A stretch of DNA of 64,000 nucleotides from the human T2T-CHM13v2.0 reference genome, Homo sapiens, in assembly GCF_009914755.1 (NCBI RefSeq), contig NC_060940.1. The stretch is one strand, 5' to 3'. Numbering within the stretch: the first letter of the stretch is position 1; each line of letters opens with the position of its first letter. Positions 62,051 through 64,000 of this stretch are shown here, one piece after another. The translations under genes were made by a program, and so were the position numbers. The notes beneath the pieces were generated by a model. It saw only the letters and a list, made by a program, of their open reading frames with translations, did no database searches and had not been told where the DNA came from.

Positions 62051-64000
62051 ATTGTAAAAGCTGTCTTTCTTTTCATGTAATTTGAGAGGATATTTCCTCA
62101 ACTCAATGCATTAAGACACCCAGAGTCTTAAGCATTTTTTAGTTAATTACAACCTGTTTTCTCATCACATTTCTAGATTCTATGTAACAGATGGTGAAAA
62201 TGTCTATTCTGAAGGCCTAAAAAGTATTCCTGTTCAAGAATAGTGGCTATTACCCAGCATCCCCTGCGCAGGAGTTGGAATACCCAGGGCTGGGTGCAGG
62301 AAGAGGGGGCCACACATGAGGCACCAGGGTGGAACACAGAAAGCAAATCCTCAGGGTGCTAACAAGAATAGAGGGAACTCCCAGAGGAATTAAAAGTAAC
62401 CCCTACCAGGAACCTAGGGAAATAATCTATACAGAGAAAGAAACGACTTGTTTGAAATTCATTCACACTGGCAGGGTCAATAGAAAAATTTCAATGTAAA
62501 TAACAGGAGGCCTTAAATGCATGTTTGCTGAATGCTGAAGGATCTGGGGCAGAAACTATGCAGAGGTTTCTGCAGTGGCCAAATGTTGCCTCTTATCACA
62601 GCAGAACAGCCATTAAAAGGGAAGCCCTGGGAACACAGTGAATGTAGATGGAGCCAATCAGATACCCCTGTGAGAGATTTTTAAAGATTTTTTTGTTTTT
62701 ATTCTCCTTGTAGTCCATTTGGATCGGATAAGATTTGGGAGACTGATAATTTGCCATTATCTTAACCTCAAAGTTGAAGCAACATTTAAAGGGATTAATG
62801 TGGCTTTTCTCCCTCCCAGGGGCATTTTCACCTTCACACCACCGACTCTTCATTTGTCATCAGCAAGCTGGGGACAATTACTCAGAAGACAATGGCAGCA
62901 GCGCCACAGCACCGTGGGTTTAATGCTATTTCTGTCTCTATAAAATCTTCAATAATTTGTTTACGACTTCCAAAATTCAACAATAGTGTGCAAATGCAAT
63001 TCTACTTATGTTAATGTGTACCTCCTTTTCTCATATCAGATTCTGAATAAAAATTAGGCAAGTACTCTGTTTTGAAAATATATAAGATGTGAACTTCCTG
63101 GGGGGCTGGGGGGACCTCCAAATGCACTATCCTATCAACCACATTTTTTTTAACTTAATAACTTAAGTGAACTGTTAGTGAAATTACAACCTGCTTGTGA
63201 CACAGTAAATTTACAACAAAATTCATTCCATAAATTATTCAATTCCAAGACTGCAGTCAAGGAGAGAAATATCACCAGGAGCAGGTGATTAGCATGTGAA
63301 AGGAAAAACCCATCTCCCTGCAGAAACAATCACTGTCAAAGCTTCCTATTGGAGTTTTGTAAAAATTACTGTTAAGAACACACATTTAAGGCTTTGTAGT
63401 TCCTATAAAAGGGCTAAGTATTTGATTTACATTAGATTCGTTTGTTCTTTCTTCAACTGTCTCTTTCTCCTACAAACCATAACTGCCTCAATAAATGCTT
63501 GCTCAATCAAGTGTGCATTAAAACAAAAGAATTTAACTTCAATAAAAGTGATGAATCAGGGCCAGAAGTTAACTTTTCCCTCCTCTGTGTTTCTTGCTAT
63601 AAAGTAGGCAAAGCAGAAATTTACATCTGATGCTCCACAGGGGAATATAATTGGTTTCTATTGTGTAGTTGGTCATAGCTGTAGATTCTTGAAGAAATCA
63701 TTTGAAGCCAAAGTTGCAGGACAAAAGGGTTTCAACAAAACTACATTTGTGAACATGGTCTATAGACAAACTAGCTCTGTAAATGGGACTGTCTGCTTTC
63801 TACCAACTTCACACACAGAAGACAGTGCTGATGGGCAAACAAAAGAGTTACAGGATGTTTTCTGAAATCTGGCACACAAATCCCCAACTGGTGGTATTTT
63901 CAGCCAGGTACTAGGAACATTTTTTCCTTCCATGGTGGTAGGTCTTCAATAAAACAAAGTAGATACTATCACCTTTTTTCTTAATTAAAACAGCAATGTG

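Overview
This is primate (almost certainly human) non-coding genomic DNA, AT-rich and densely filled with interspersed repeats. I read about 29 Alu copies or fragments (J, S, Y, FLAM), several old L1 fragments, MIR and L2 relics, solo LTRs (THE1, MST/MLT1, MLT2, LTR33-like, MER41A, MER41C/D-like, MER31-like, MER34/39-like) and DNA transposons (MER5A, MER33, MADE1, MADE2 and a ~1.9 kb hAT/Zaphod-like element with a decayed transposase C-terminus). I found no convincing protein-coding exon, structural RNA gene, CpG island or CRISPR array. The ORF track is explained by Alu, LTR, L1 and low-complexity reading frames, and I cannot name a host gene. L1 and poly(A) strand bias suggests a large intron of a minus-strand gene (inference). 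The most unusual signals are non-TE local copy events. (1) A ~155 bp unique segment at 6659-6812 is copied in inverted orientation to 5508-5663, with a 9 bp flanking duplication and an 8 bp inverted filler. (2) A ~97 bp segment at 56335-56433 is copied 2.6 kb away into an ERV1 LTR (58931-59026) via microhomologies. (3) There are complex micro-duplications at 27334-27502 and 45815-46038. These look like fossil templated-insertion or template-switch events. I found no evidence for a new gene system. Repeat subfamily names come from recalled consensus sequences and need RepeatMasker/Dfam confirmation.
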